Assembly (NCBI RefSeq): GCF_006345805.1
Contig: NC_042999.1
Span: 91,760,001 to 91,824,000, forward strand
Length of the DNA stretch: 64,000 nucleotides
DNA from: Octopus sinensis
Taxonomy: Eukaryota
Direction of reading: 5' to 3'
Shown here: one piece after another, positions 1-12,089 of the stretch
Layout: each line of letters opens with the position of its first letter
How positions within the stretch are numbered: position 1 is the first letter of the stretch
Made by a program: the position numbers and the translations under genes
The notes under the pieces: model-generated
Told to the model about the DNA's origin: nothing
What the model saw: only the letters and a program-made list of their open reading frames with translations
Databases searched by the model: none

Positions 1-222
1 AGATAGCTCCTCCTTGAACGGAAGCCATGCTGTGCATTTGTGAACAAGTTATTTTCATCCAGGAATATGATTAACTTCTTGACGCTGTGTTCCATGACCT
101 TGCTAGCATGTAAAGTCAGAGAGATGATCCTGTAACTTTTAGCATCTGTTCATCTTCCTCTTTTATGGACATGGCATATTATATCTTCTTTTAACAATTT
201 GGACAGTTTACCACATGCAACT
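1..222 (-). mobile_element. Degenerate LINE (CR1/L2/Jockey-like) reverse transcriptase fragment
   Basis: Minus strand reads ...VHKRGR*TDAKSYRIISLTLHASKVMEHSVKKLIIFLDENNLFTNAQHGFRSRRS, matching the non-LTR RT motif K...NYRPISL...SK.ME...Q.GFR; contains stops; runs off window start. Confidence 0.75.
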
Positions 223-324
223 CTGAAAAAGAATATATAGTAGTTTTGCGGGCCCGTTGGTGAGTTCGGGTTCATCTCAAATAGACGCGTGCATAAATAT
301 TTATATGCACCAATCCATGCGTTC

Positions 325-382
<58 letters not shown>

Positions 383-800
383 CACACACACACACACACA
401 CACAATAACATTAGGGAATAAATTATTATTCCAACCTTGCATGTAAAATTCAGTATAATAATATTAGACCGAATTTCGTAATATATAATATATAATATAT
501 GTAAATAACTAATTTAGAGACAAACCACTTTTCCACAACTCAATCATTGAAGAACGCATCCAATACCATGCTGTGAGACATATACCATACAATATACTAA
601 TCTAAAATTTTAATAATATATAATCTTGAACAGGCGAATGCTATCCTTCATATATTCATGTATTTTTATATTATGTAAACTTACTTTATATCCAGTTTCT
701 TTTTATATGTTGCTCGCCTGATTTTACGGCAAAATCAGTATTTGTTATATCCCCTTCATCAGGCGACTCTGTAGTAAATAAAATGATATTGTTATTATCA

Positions 801-990
801 GCGACGAGCAGCTGGAATCGTTAGAGCGACTTTTCTTTCGTCTCTTTACGTTCTGATATCAAATTCAGCCGGAGTCAAACTTTACTTTTCATTCTTTCAG
901 GGTCGATAAAATACCACTCAAATTCTGGGATCAATAGTATAGAAAAACTACTCCCACAAAAATTGCTAGCCTTGTGCCTAAGTTAGAAAA
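801..990 (+). mobile_element. SINE family A (ggcggcgagctggcag... type), degenerate
   Basis: Collinear with better copies at 18911-19105 and 15646-15835: ttacgttctga..tcaaatt, tttcattctttcagggtcgataaaata, aaattgctagccttgtgcc. Confidence 0.7.
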
Positions 991-1899
991 CATTGTTATT
1001 ATTTGTTACAACCATGATCCCACTCACAAATAAAGGAAGTAATTTCGCTTATTTTTTAATTCGTTTATTGATATGATACTTCTAATGTTATTTTGCGTTT
1101 ATATTCCAGCTGATGCTATCGTGTCTTTCTTGATGTTTTTCATATTGCAGCATTGCTGCTGCTGATATTTAGTACCCGTTGCTCTCAGACGATGCTGTTC
1201 TTGTTGAAGATGTCCATTTTGAAGCCCTGATTCTGATTTTCTTCGGGTTCGAATTTGTCGTCGGATATAAGATTTGCGGCCATGATTGTGAGCAAGAAGA
1301 CAATAGTGGTGCTAGTGGGGCTTTATTATTGTTTAGGTGGAGGTGGCAAATATCATACTCGTAAGGATGAGGATAGTGAGGAGGTGCAACACCGCGAAGA
1401 TGAAGACAACGATGGCGATGAGGGCGGTGACAACGATGACACTGGCAGTGGCAATAACAGTGACGATGAAGATCAGGATAATGATGAGGATTATGATACT
1501 GACGCCCAAGATAAGAATAGTTGTGATGACGATAGTTCCCTTGTGTAGTTGATGTCGTCACTCTGTTGTTACTGCTGCTACAACTGCGGCAGCCATTGTA
1601 GCAATCAATGAACTTCATAACGCAATTAGTGTTTTTACGTAATTAGTACCGTTGTTTATTTGATTCTTCACGACAACACTTCTGTCCTCATCTTCCTTCA
1701 AACTCTAGCTTGGTTTTCTGACTGAATGAGTTATACACAGCGTTTAAACAATAAAAACATTCACTATTTTGAGCAAGTCACTCTACCTAGATGTGTGACG
1801 TCCCTGAATGGCTCAAGTTGAGATCCTAGATGTAAATTAATTAAGGTTCTTTTCACAAAATGTTTGTTCCTCAGCTTAACATAGATTTATCATTTTAAT

Positions 1900-2497
1900 G
1901 CCCAGAACAAGCAGAGCCCAGTAGTTAGATCACTGTTGGTACATGATCATCCATGAACAGGAAATATAAGAGCAAATGCTTCCAGCTTTTTATTTCGATG
2001 TCCAGACCGAGGATCTTGTCACATGATCAGTCTAATATCCTAAATATTGTTGGTAACATTTGCACTGCAAAAGCTCTGAGTTTCATATTTTCTAGAGTCT
2101 GCAGAAGTACTCTTTTGTTATTCAGTCTTCATTCACAGCGCCAATGTATAAAACAGTCTCATAAATTCCGAGATACTTGTAATTTTCATCATTAGAGACA
2201 GGGGAGATAAATAAGCCATCGATGTCCGGTCGACAATTCTTCCTCGGCTGACTATCATGTATTTATCTTGCACAAACTCTATACCTATATCCCCTCAGAT
2301 TATTGTAACTAGATCTAACTATTTCTTAATGTTGTTCATGTTACCAGAACGTAACTAAGTCATCAACTAAAATTCTGTCGGTGATACTAATTTGATTTTT
2401 TTTTTTGCATATTCCAGTATATAGCCTTGGAATTTCGTTAACCCGACCAACAAGATTTTCACTGCCAGTATAAAGAATATTACAGATAATCTATGAA
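1900..2497 (-). mobile_element. R4/Dong-like non-LTR retrotransposon remnant, RT core to thumb region
   Basis: Minus strand with stops/frameshifts: LSVIFFILAV...GY, ILVDDL (2356-2367), DIGIEF..DK, NYKYLGIYE, TKEYFCRL, AFAV...ILD*; typical of RLE-clade RTs. Confidence 0.75.
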
Positions 2498-2885
2498 TAA
2501 TTACAGGTATTAATTACAGGTATAAGCCTGAACTTGTAATCTGGCTAGAGTAACTGCAGATTCAGCATAGGTATTCTCTTTTTCACTGATCTTAAGCTTT
2601 ATATTAACATCCGCTGGGCAGCTAATTTCCACAACTATGCACCGTTTCTCTTCTCTATCCTAAATCAGTATATCAAGACTGTTGTATTTACATTTTATTG
2701 AGGTCTCCACTGGTACATTCCATCAGTACTCCTTTTTAATATGAGTAGCTATCGCTTCTACTATATCACGGGTTTTATTTCTTTGTCTTCGGGATGATCC
2801 TTCCGACGGATTTCATTATAGAGTGTCCTTGCTACAACATCTTATCTCGTTGATAGATAATACCACGATGACATTTTCAGACAAT
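2498..2885 (-). mobile_element. R4/Dong-like restriction-like endonuclease (RLE, PD-(D/E)xK) domain remnant
   Basis: Minus strand: KMSSWYYLSTR*DVVARTLYNEIRRKD...KEY*WNVPVETSIKCKYNSLDILI*DREEKRCIVVEISCPADVNIKLKISEKENTY...IPVII; matches RHD..., (P)D, E(I)SCP, K.EK motifs of RLE elements. Confidence 0.8.
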
Positions 2886-2910
2886 TGCTTCTGATGTGGG
2901 TGGTATTTTC

Positions 2911-3008
2911 AGTGTTTTTCGCTCAATAAACATACACAACGCCCGGTCTGGGAATCGAAACCGCGATCCTCCGACCGCAAGTCCGCTGCCCTAACCACTA
3001 GGCCATTG
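2911..3008 (-). mobile_element. tRNA-derived SINE family C head inserted into the R4-like element
   Basis: Reverse complement tggcctagtggttagggcagcggac...ggtttcgattccc has Pol III A- and B-box-like motifs; same head as 12461. Confidence 0.8.
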
Positions 3009-3009
3009 G

Positions 3010-3630
3010 TTTTCTACTAACATATCTATGCATAGTCTTCTGCTCATATAGGCTCATCCTTTCATCTGATGATATATTGCGGTAGACTCGTGCATATATT
3101 CTAGGTTAGGAGACAAGGAGTGTTGCTCAAGTAGCTGTCTCCCAAGTCACATGATGTTATTAGCCTCATGTATGCAAACTTGGTCACTTAGTTATTAAAA
3201 GATGTTGCCGAAGAGATATGATGCGATATTTAAAGGCATTTTGCATCGATGTTAAGCCACTGCCATCTTGCTTTCATTTTAGGTAGAGGTGGGGTGTCTA
3301 CGTCAAGGTTTATGTGGAAATTTTGTGCTAGTTAGTATTTTTCGGGTTTTCACATAAATGGCTCGGATCTCATCAAGCGTCCAATCAAGCAGCCCAAATG
3401 CTGGTATGAGTACTACCACTGCAAACACATTGTCGGCCACTGATTTATTGAATGCAGAGAGTTGTGAGGTCCAAATTTTCATTATTAGGTTGTAATATTC
3501 TTTAATGACACGTGTTATGTTACAGGTGCCATTGCAAGATATATTTTCATCCAGCGCTAGACACCTGTAACATTCCTCGTCAGATACAGGGGAAACAGTC
3601 AAATCATTGATGGAGATGTTACTAGTCTGG
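3010..3630 (-). mobile_element. R4/Dong-like element, region downstream of RT core (second copy of thumb region)
   Basis: ORF 3303-3602 (YRCLALDENISCNG...KEYY...KIWTSQLSAFNK...FAV.VLIPAFGLLDWTLDEIR...KTRKILT) continues with frameshifts to ..QNAFKYRIISLRQHL..YEQKTMHRYVSRK. Confidence 0.8.
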
Positions 3631-4383
3631 TTTATAGTTTATGTATGTATGTGTGTATGTATGTATGTATATGTGCAGATTTGTATGTTTTGTTTTATGT
3701 ATGTATTCTCATACATATAGTTACATATCTAGATATAAATACATATATATTTTATTGATAAACTTCTGGAAAATTTTACAGATTTTTGCACTTCCAGTAA
3801 TTGATTGGATCTTTGGTCTTTGAATTAGCTGTATCTATGTATGAATGAATGAATGAATGTATGTATGCATGTATGTATGTATGTATGTATGTATGTATTG
3901 TATGTATGTATGTATGTATGTATGTATGTATGTATGTATGCATGTATGTATGTATGTATGTACATTATGATCGTGCTTAGCCATGGCAATACAAATAACC
4001 AGTTATCAGCAACTAATCGCTGACGTAGCTTTCAGGAACTTTTATTTTTTGTGGCACAGGTTTTCAACACTGTGTACACAGCTCCTTAAGCAGCTATAAA
4101 CTTATGAATTTGATTACGTAACACCTGTTATTTTGCATTCACTAATATATATACGTATATGTATGTGCGTGTGAGCGTGCGCGCATGCTGTGTATGACGC
4201 CCTCTCGGCGTAATTTTAAAGTTACAATCAGTCTTTATTTTTCTCTAATAAAATTTTAGAAACTACTTTGTCATTGCCTTACAATTTCAGTTAATATAAT
4301 TTGCTGTTTTTAATTTCCTTGAAAAACACCAGCACTAAGCATAAATAAATTAAAATATGTATGTATGTTTACACAACTCATCC

Positions 4384-4420
<37 letters not shown>

Positions 4421-4445
<25 letters not shown>

Positions 4446-4476
4446 ATGTATAGCATATATGTGGGCATGTATAACT

Positions 4477-4541
<65 letters not shown>

Positions 4542-5193
4542 ATATATATGTATGTATATATATATATATATATTATATATATATATATTATATATATATA
4601 TATGTATGTATATATATATATATGTATGTATATATATATATATATGTATGTATATATATATATATATGTATGTATGTATGTATGTGTGCGCGTGTATGCG
4701 TGTATGTTGTATTATATACAACGTAGAAGATACATATTAACCATGTAAAACATACTAACATTGTTGACTTTAATGAAACATTTATTATTGGGTGTCAAAA
4801 TTTTCTTTGTACTAACTTCGACCTGGTCACTAACACGATTCCACTTCATTTGGTTTGTGGTGAGATTGTTGGTTGGCATATATAGGTTCCAACCAAAGCG
4901 TCTCATCTATAAAAACAGAAAAAAGTAGATACAATAGAAAAGCGTCAGTGACCAGGCCGCTGATTGTGCGACTAAAATTTTGGCAGCAAAAAATAGGTGT
5001 TAAATTGCAGTTTACAATCATTGAGCATAATTGAATGAATTATAACCCTCTTCCACACTATAATTGTTTTAATTGCTACGCTTGGTCTCAGATGAAATCA
5101 TTTACCTGGCAAATACACGTCCGAAATATATTTGTGTGTGTGTGTGTGTGTGGTGTGTGTGTATGTATAGCATATATGTGGGCATGTATAACT

Positions 5194-5226
<33 letters not shown>

Positions 5227-5866
5227 ATATATATATATATATTATATATATATATATATATAATATATAATATATATATATATGTATGTATATATATACA
5301 TATATATTCATATATGCATACATATTCATATACCTATATTATGTATGTATGTAGTATGTATGTATGTATGCATGTATGTATGTATGTATGTATGTATGTA
5401 TGTATGTATGTATGTATGTGTGCGCGTGTATGCGTGTATGTTGTATTATATACAACGTAGAAGATACATATTAACCATGTAAAACATACTAACATTGTTG
5501 ACTTTAATGAAACATTTATTATTGGGTGTCAAAATTTTCTTTGTACTAACTTCGACCTGGTCACTAACACGATTCCACTTCATTTGGTTTGTGGTGAGAT
5601 TGTTGGTTGGCATATATAGGTTCCAACCAAAGCGTCTCATCTATAAAAACAGAAAAAAGTAGATACAATAGAAAAGCGTCAGTGACCAGGCGCTGATTGT
5701 GCGACTAAAATTTTGGCAGCAAAAAATAGGTGTTAAATTGCAGTTTACAATCATTGAGCATAATTGAATGAATTATAACCCTCTTCCACACTATAATTGT
5801 TTTAATTGCTACGCTTGGTCTCAGATGAAATCATTTACCTGGCAAATACACGTCCGAAATATATTT
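4421..5866. repeat. Recent tandem duplication, two ~713-733 bp units
   Basis: 4682-5133 and 5416-5866 are identical apart from two 1-nt indels; intervening microsatellites differ in length. Confidence 0.95.
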
Positions 5867-7544
5867 GTGTGTGTGAATGTGTGTGTGTGTGTGTGTGTGT
5901 GTACGTGCGTGCGTACAAGTGCTTGTGTGAGTGTGTATGTGTAAGGTAGAGTACATGTGTATGTGCACGCAGGTGGTGTGTATGTGTGTCTGTGTGTTTG
6001 AATAGGCCCGCGTGCGTGCATGTGTCTATGTGTATGTATGTGTTTGTGTGTGTGTTTCTGTCTGCGTGCGTGTGTGTGTTTTGTGAGATCACAATGTTTT
6101 CATTTAGATAGTCATATGTATCAGTCCTATCCTGAAGGACTATATCATATTCAGTCCTATCCTGAAGTATATTAATTTCACTGTGTTAAACTATACAACA
6201 GAAGCCATTACGATAGTGGAAATTACAACTGAATTCAAAATTTCGATTTTGTAGTTGTTACGAAGAACCTCTTATGGCCGAGTTACTAGAATATCAGAAA
6301 TGCAAGCCGATAGGAATGATCTCAGTTTACTTTCTACGGCAGACAATGTTCATGAAAGTACTTAACGATCTTTCAATGTTAAATCTATCGGTATATTTAC
6401 ATTATGGACTAAGATTATCAAGAGGTTTATCTAATTTTGTCATGTCTTCTATAAAATCATGTGTATTTTACAGACAGCTTTCATTACGTACTGCGGTTGA
6501 ATTATTCACTGATATTAACCATTAGATTGCTGCAAATATATTTTCATCGGTGATATCAACGGCAATGCTTCTTTAAGTCTAGTAATTCTTCTATCGAATT
6601 CCGTTAGTCGAAGTGCAAAGTTACGTATCATACACAACACACTTTGTAGGTTTCTTTTTAACTATTTGCATTTGTTGCTGTTGCTGTGTTGCTGTGTTGC
6701 TGTGAATAAGCCTGCAGCCAGTCAGGATTCACAAAAGATATATTCAAAACCGATGCAGCTATGATAATCTCCTTTTTCTTTACTGATTGTTATAATATAA
6801 CCAGTATTAAATTATCAAATGCTTCCTTATACTAGGTGACTTTTATTTTAAGGTCTCTTTACTGTTTATAGCCTGTCGACTGAACACACACATATTCCAT
6901 GTTTTCCTTTATTTTCAAATTCTGTATAAAGGAAGACGCAAAGAATTCAAATGAAAGAAGTTAAAAATAGTTGGGTTTTTTCTTTGCTTTTTCATCAATG
7001 CTTTGTTGAACTCTATTTTGCTTATGCAGCACCTTCGTAAGCCTTTATATGCTTCAGACTGATTGGTACGATTTGTTTGAGAAAGTGACACGGGTGATAT
7101 TGATAAGCTGCAACAATGACGAAATACGTACCTATAACTCTCACGTTGCCCTCTGGAGTGATTTCATCTCGCCTAGTGCTGAAATATATTGCGGTTATTA
7201 ACACAGTACGTCCATAAATGAGTTTTAGCTGGGCAGAAACAACACCTTCTGTATTTTCGATGACATTTTACATTAATAAAAATACGTTTTTCATTAGTAA
7301 TGTCTGGGGAAACTAGCAGGGTATATGTATACCAGTTACATGTTCCCCAAGACCAGTCAGAATGATATCACTAATGTTACACTTAAGTCTTAAAATGTTG
7401 CAAGTTCTTAAATGTAAAAAATATTTTTTTCCAGGGAGATAAATCTAGATGAATAAAGATATGAAGATAAAGGACAAAGAATAGGGGCAGGCGTAAGAGC
7501 TAAGGTACTGAACACAATGCTGTTTTATGTTATGATATACTGTA

Positions 7545-7597
<53 letters not shown>

Positions 7598-7809
7598 GAA
7601 GGCCTGATGTAGAAGAGTCTGAGTGAATGTGGCACGAATCACCAACCATATTACTTTTAAGATGAACATGCAAATTAAGGAACTTGTGTTCACATTATAC
7701 AGATCATTCATAAGTATAGTGTATCAATCTAACAGATAGTTTAGCAACATTTAAAAATGATAGAATTATCAAACTACTATTACTCTCACTTTTACTACTG
7801 CTACTACTG

Positions 7810-7854
<45 letters not shown>

Positions 7855-8382
7855 TCAGTATTATTGGTGGTGGTAGCAGTAGCAGAAGCAGTGGTAGTAG
7901 TAGTAGTTCTTGTGGCTGTTGTTTCAATAGTGGTCGTTAGTGTTGCTGTTGTTGTTGTTGTTGTTGTTGTTGACGCTGTTGTGGCTACTGTTGCTGCTAC
8001 AGATGCAGTTGTTCTTCATAAAATTGTGGGGTTTTTTCAATAAAAGACATCAGAAATAACATTAAATAGTTGTTAAACATCACCAGGTCCGCATATTTTT
8101 TTCTATTATATTACTCTTTAATCTTTATTGAGTTTTTATATGAAGATCTAAACTATTAGCAAACGTATATTTACAAATGTCGTACATGCATATATATATA
8201 TGTGGAGGCGAGTGTATATCTGTCTATATATGTCTATGTGTGTGTGTATATGTAATATGTATGTATATCATTACTAGGGTGTGTATTGGTATGTATGTAT
8301 GTATATATATCTATATATCTGTAGTTGTATATATGTGTATATATATACATATATATATATCTGTGGTTGTGTATATATATAT

Positions 8383-8422
<40 letters not shown>

Positions 8423-10078
8423 TACGGTATGAATTTGTGTTATTGTATAAACACACACAAACATACATATATACCATATAGAGAGATTGCATTGGGTATG
8501 TGCTTTTAAAAAATATATTTCTCTTGTATTTCTCATCCTGTATGAAACAGTAAATAACATTTCAAATAAACTTTCATATTTACATAGATAAATTACCGAA
8601 TACAAATATATCACTTAGACTATTTTACAGAGGAATTTATCCGAAATGGAACGAAGAAAACAAAATCATATAAGCATTATAACAACCAGCTTCAATTATC
8701 ATAACTTTGTTGTTTTTCGTTTTGCTTTTTTCTTATGTTTTACTAATATGTTTAGAACAGATTTATTCAGTCTCGTCTATATAACGATGATTTTTCAATT
8801 CCGGTGTTAAAAAGAAATAGTGTACATACCTCATATAATAGAAATTATGTAGACTATGTAATATGTTTCGTCATATATTTTCGCTATGAAATATGTTCAT
8901 TATATATTTATTTACTACGGAATTTGTTATATAATCTGTTTTATGTTATGATATACTGTATTGATATATATATATATATATTTATTTATATGAAGGTCTG
9001 ATGTAGAATGTAAACGAAATCCATGCTTATATTTTTTAACCAAGTGTGATGATAAACAATCTAGTATGTTTTTTGTCATGTTTTAAGCTGTGTTTCCATG
9101 ATCTTTACAGTGCCATGACCTTTACAGTGTTTCAAATACTAGGTTGGGGTGGAGAATAAGAAGAAACCACAATTCAGGGATGTCTGCAGTAAGTATAAAC
9201 ATATCAGAATATCGTGTTATCCTTAGGCCATATACAAGCTACGGAGAACATGTGTCTGGCCTGTTTAGGGAGAAACCAAAATTTTATGACACCATATCGA
9301 ATCAGCTCTGCGTGCCGTCAATTGCAGTGTTTTGCATGGGCGACCGGAACATTCAGTGTAATAATAACCACACTGGACCACATTAATCATCAATGTATAG
9401 GTGCTAGAGGGTAGGTGCTTTTGGCAATGAAGGATTTGGAAGTGCAATGTGTTTCTTTGCAATTCTGTTAGAAATTAGAAAAAAAAAACCCCTTCTGTAG
9501 AGACTTTTTTTTAATGTTATAACAGGTTTATGGTAGGCTATTTCAGGCTTTATACAAGGTCATAAGCGATGTCAGCGATTCAAAACGGAAAGAAAATTCG
9601 CCAAAGCTGGGTTTAAATATTAGGGAGTGATCAGTACAACGAACGTCGATCACAAGAAAAAACAAAAACACAAATTATTGCAAGTTTATCTGTGAAATTT
9701 CTGTGGGGGCAGGCATATGCAAAAGCTGCCCAACATAATTCTATATAGAAAATGGATTATATATCTTGTTATCGTAAACTTTATACGGTATTTGCAAGCA
9801 GACAAACAAAGAAGGAACCGACAACTAGTTACGAGTGGTTTGATTTTTAGAATCCGTGTTTAAGATTCAGTACCGTGTGGTATTTAGTTATGTCCCTTCA
9901 CATAATGATTTTTAATTTTTATCGGCTGGGTAGTTTTTATTCTATCGGTTAGATACTTTTATGAAAACAATTGTGGGGATAGTTTCGTAGTAGATGATGT
10001 TATACAAATGTCATGAAAGGTGATGAATTTTACCTGGTGCTGAAACAAACAAAAGCCATCATAATAATCAATCAATCA

Positions 10079-10141
<63 letters not shown>

Positions 10142-10151
10142 AAATAGATAA

Positions 10152-10278
<127 letters not shown>

Positions 10279-11206
10279 CATATCATATTCACAATGAGTT
10301 CCTTTCTACTGGAATCTGTTGGCTATTTAAGGAATATTTACACACACACGCACGTACACACACACACGCACGTACACACACACACACGCACATACACACA
10401 CACACACACACACAAATTTGTCATGTTCTCGAAAGGACGTAGCATCTGCAACTCAGAAGATCGGTAATGCAAGACGTGAATAGCAGTGAATGAGACCCCT
10501 TTAGACATATAGTCGCCAATGCCCTTATAGAACAAGGTGGTTTGATTTCTTGTTGCGATGGAAGCCTTTAAGAGTCGTTTCGTTCTTCAGTGCTAGAGGG
10601 TAACTAGAATACTATCTAAGGCACACAATGGCATTGCGTGGAGCAAACCGATACAACTGGGGTTGTAAAAGCACCACACACTTAACCAGAATATTTCAAC
10701 TATCACACAAGTAAAACCTAAATTTCATACACATTCGAGTGCAGTCAAGTATAAACCACATCGGGCCTTCCAAATCACATTGAGACAGGATATTTGCTCT
10801 ATCAATGAACAGGAACAATATAGGATAACCAAAAGTTATCAAAATTTGTGTTTCAATACAAACTCACAGTGACCTTCATTTCTTGACTATTGCTATCCGT
10901 TGTACAATCACACTTGTTCTTCCTCTGGGAGCCATAGCAAATCGTCGTTAAAATGGACTACCCACCCACGACTGTACCTCTAACAAATCAATGTTAATGC
11001 TATTGTCTTATTGTATTTACTTCAGCTTATACTTTTTCACAGTAGACTAAACATTGTAAATGTTTTCAGTTTCAAACTTAAAATGTATTCAGCCTGCATA
11101 ATAACAACGTAACACGTTATCGTCTGTGTTTGCCCTCTCTATATATCCAAATGTACTTTTATCTTTCTCTTTCTCTCTATCTATCTTCTCTCCCTTTCTC
11201 TTCTCA

Positions 11207-11253
<47 letters not shown>

Positions 11254-12089
11254 CGGATATACTTGTTGCTTATTTTGATTATATATATATATATAAGATA
11301 GACAGGCAGACAATGAGTGAACGAAATAGTGATAAAAAAATAGTTATTTTTACGAACAACACAAAAACAGACTTTGTAATGGAAGTGACGATTTAAAACA
11401 TCTTTATCATTATTTCTCTTTATATATTATTTTTCGTTTATATATTTTATCAAACAGGAATTTCGAATAAAACCCAAATAGGCGGATCTCATCGATTTAT
11501 ATCTTAAATTTGATTTTATAAATTAAATTTACTCGGAAATTCAATAAAAAATGCAATTTCAATTCCAAATTGATGGGGAAAAGTTCACAATTTTTACAAA
11601 TTCAACTTGAAATTGAATGTTAATTCAAGCACCTCAGTATTAGCTTTGTCAGAGTTAAACTGTACATAAAGCAATAAACACCTTGTAGCTCGATACCTCA
11701 GCTCGGTTCGAATCCGTTTAGTAACACTTATATCAAATGCTGATAAATGATTTCAGAAAAGCAAGAAAGAAGGCTTGCCCATGTACTTAACAAGATACTG
11801 GGTTCCGTTACTGTGTCAGGATCTTAAGTGTCTTCTTTAATACTCTTGTGAGTGAAACCAATCAAACCTAAACTACATACATTGAAGGAACTGGTTTTGA
11901 ATTAAATCCTTCGTCCGTTTTTACACTACTGTCTCGTATGCATGGCGTTTATCTCCCTGCAGCAGAATGAATCATTCGTACCAAGTGTGCTCTCTCAGGA
12001 TGCGATATATTGAATTCCTATTTCCTACTCTTGCGACATATGAGTCACGGTTTATTTATCTCCAAACTGCCTTTGGAACCCTACAAAGT

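Noticed and set aside
6274-6600. 83-aa ORF and protein-like antisense frames
   Set aside because: No recognisable motif; stops in all extended frames; no convincing splice pair.
9144-9462. Three overlapping 65-80 aa ORFs; strong donor gca|gtaagt at 9190; faint Tc1-like Y..I...PS...G.R.I...PH
   Set aside because: No consistent exon frame or catalytic motif; similarity too weak to call.
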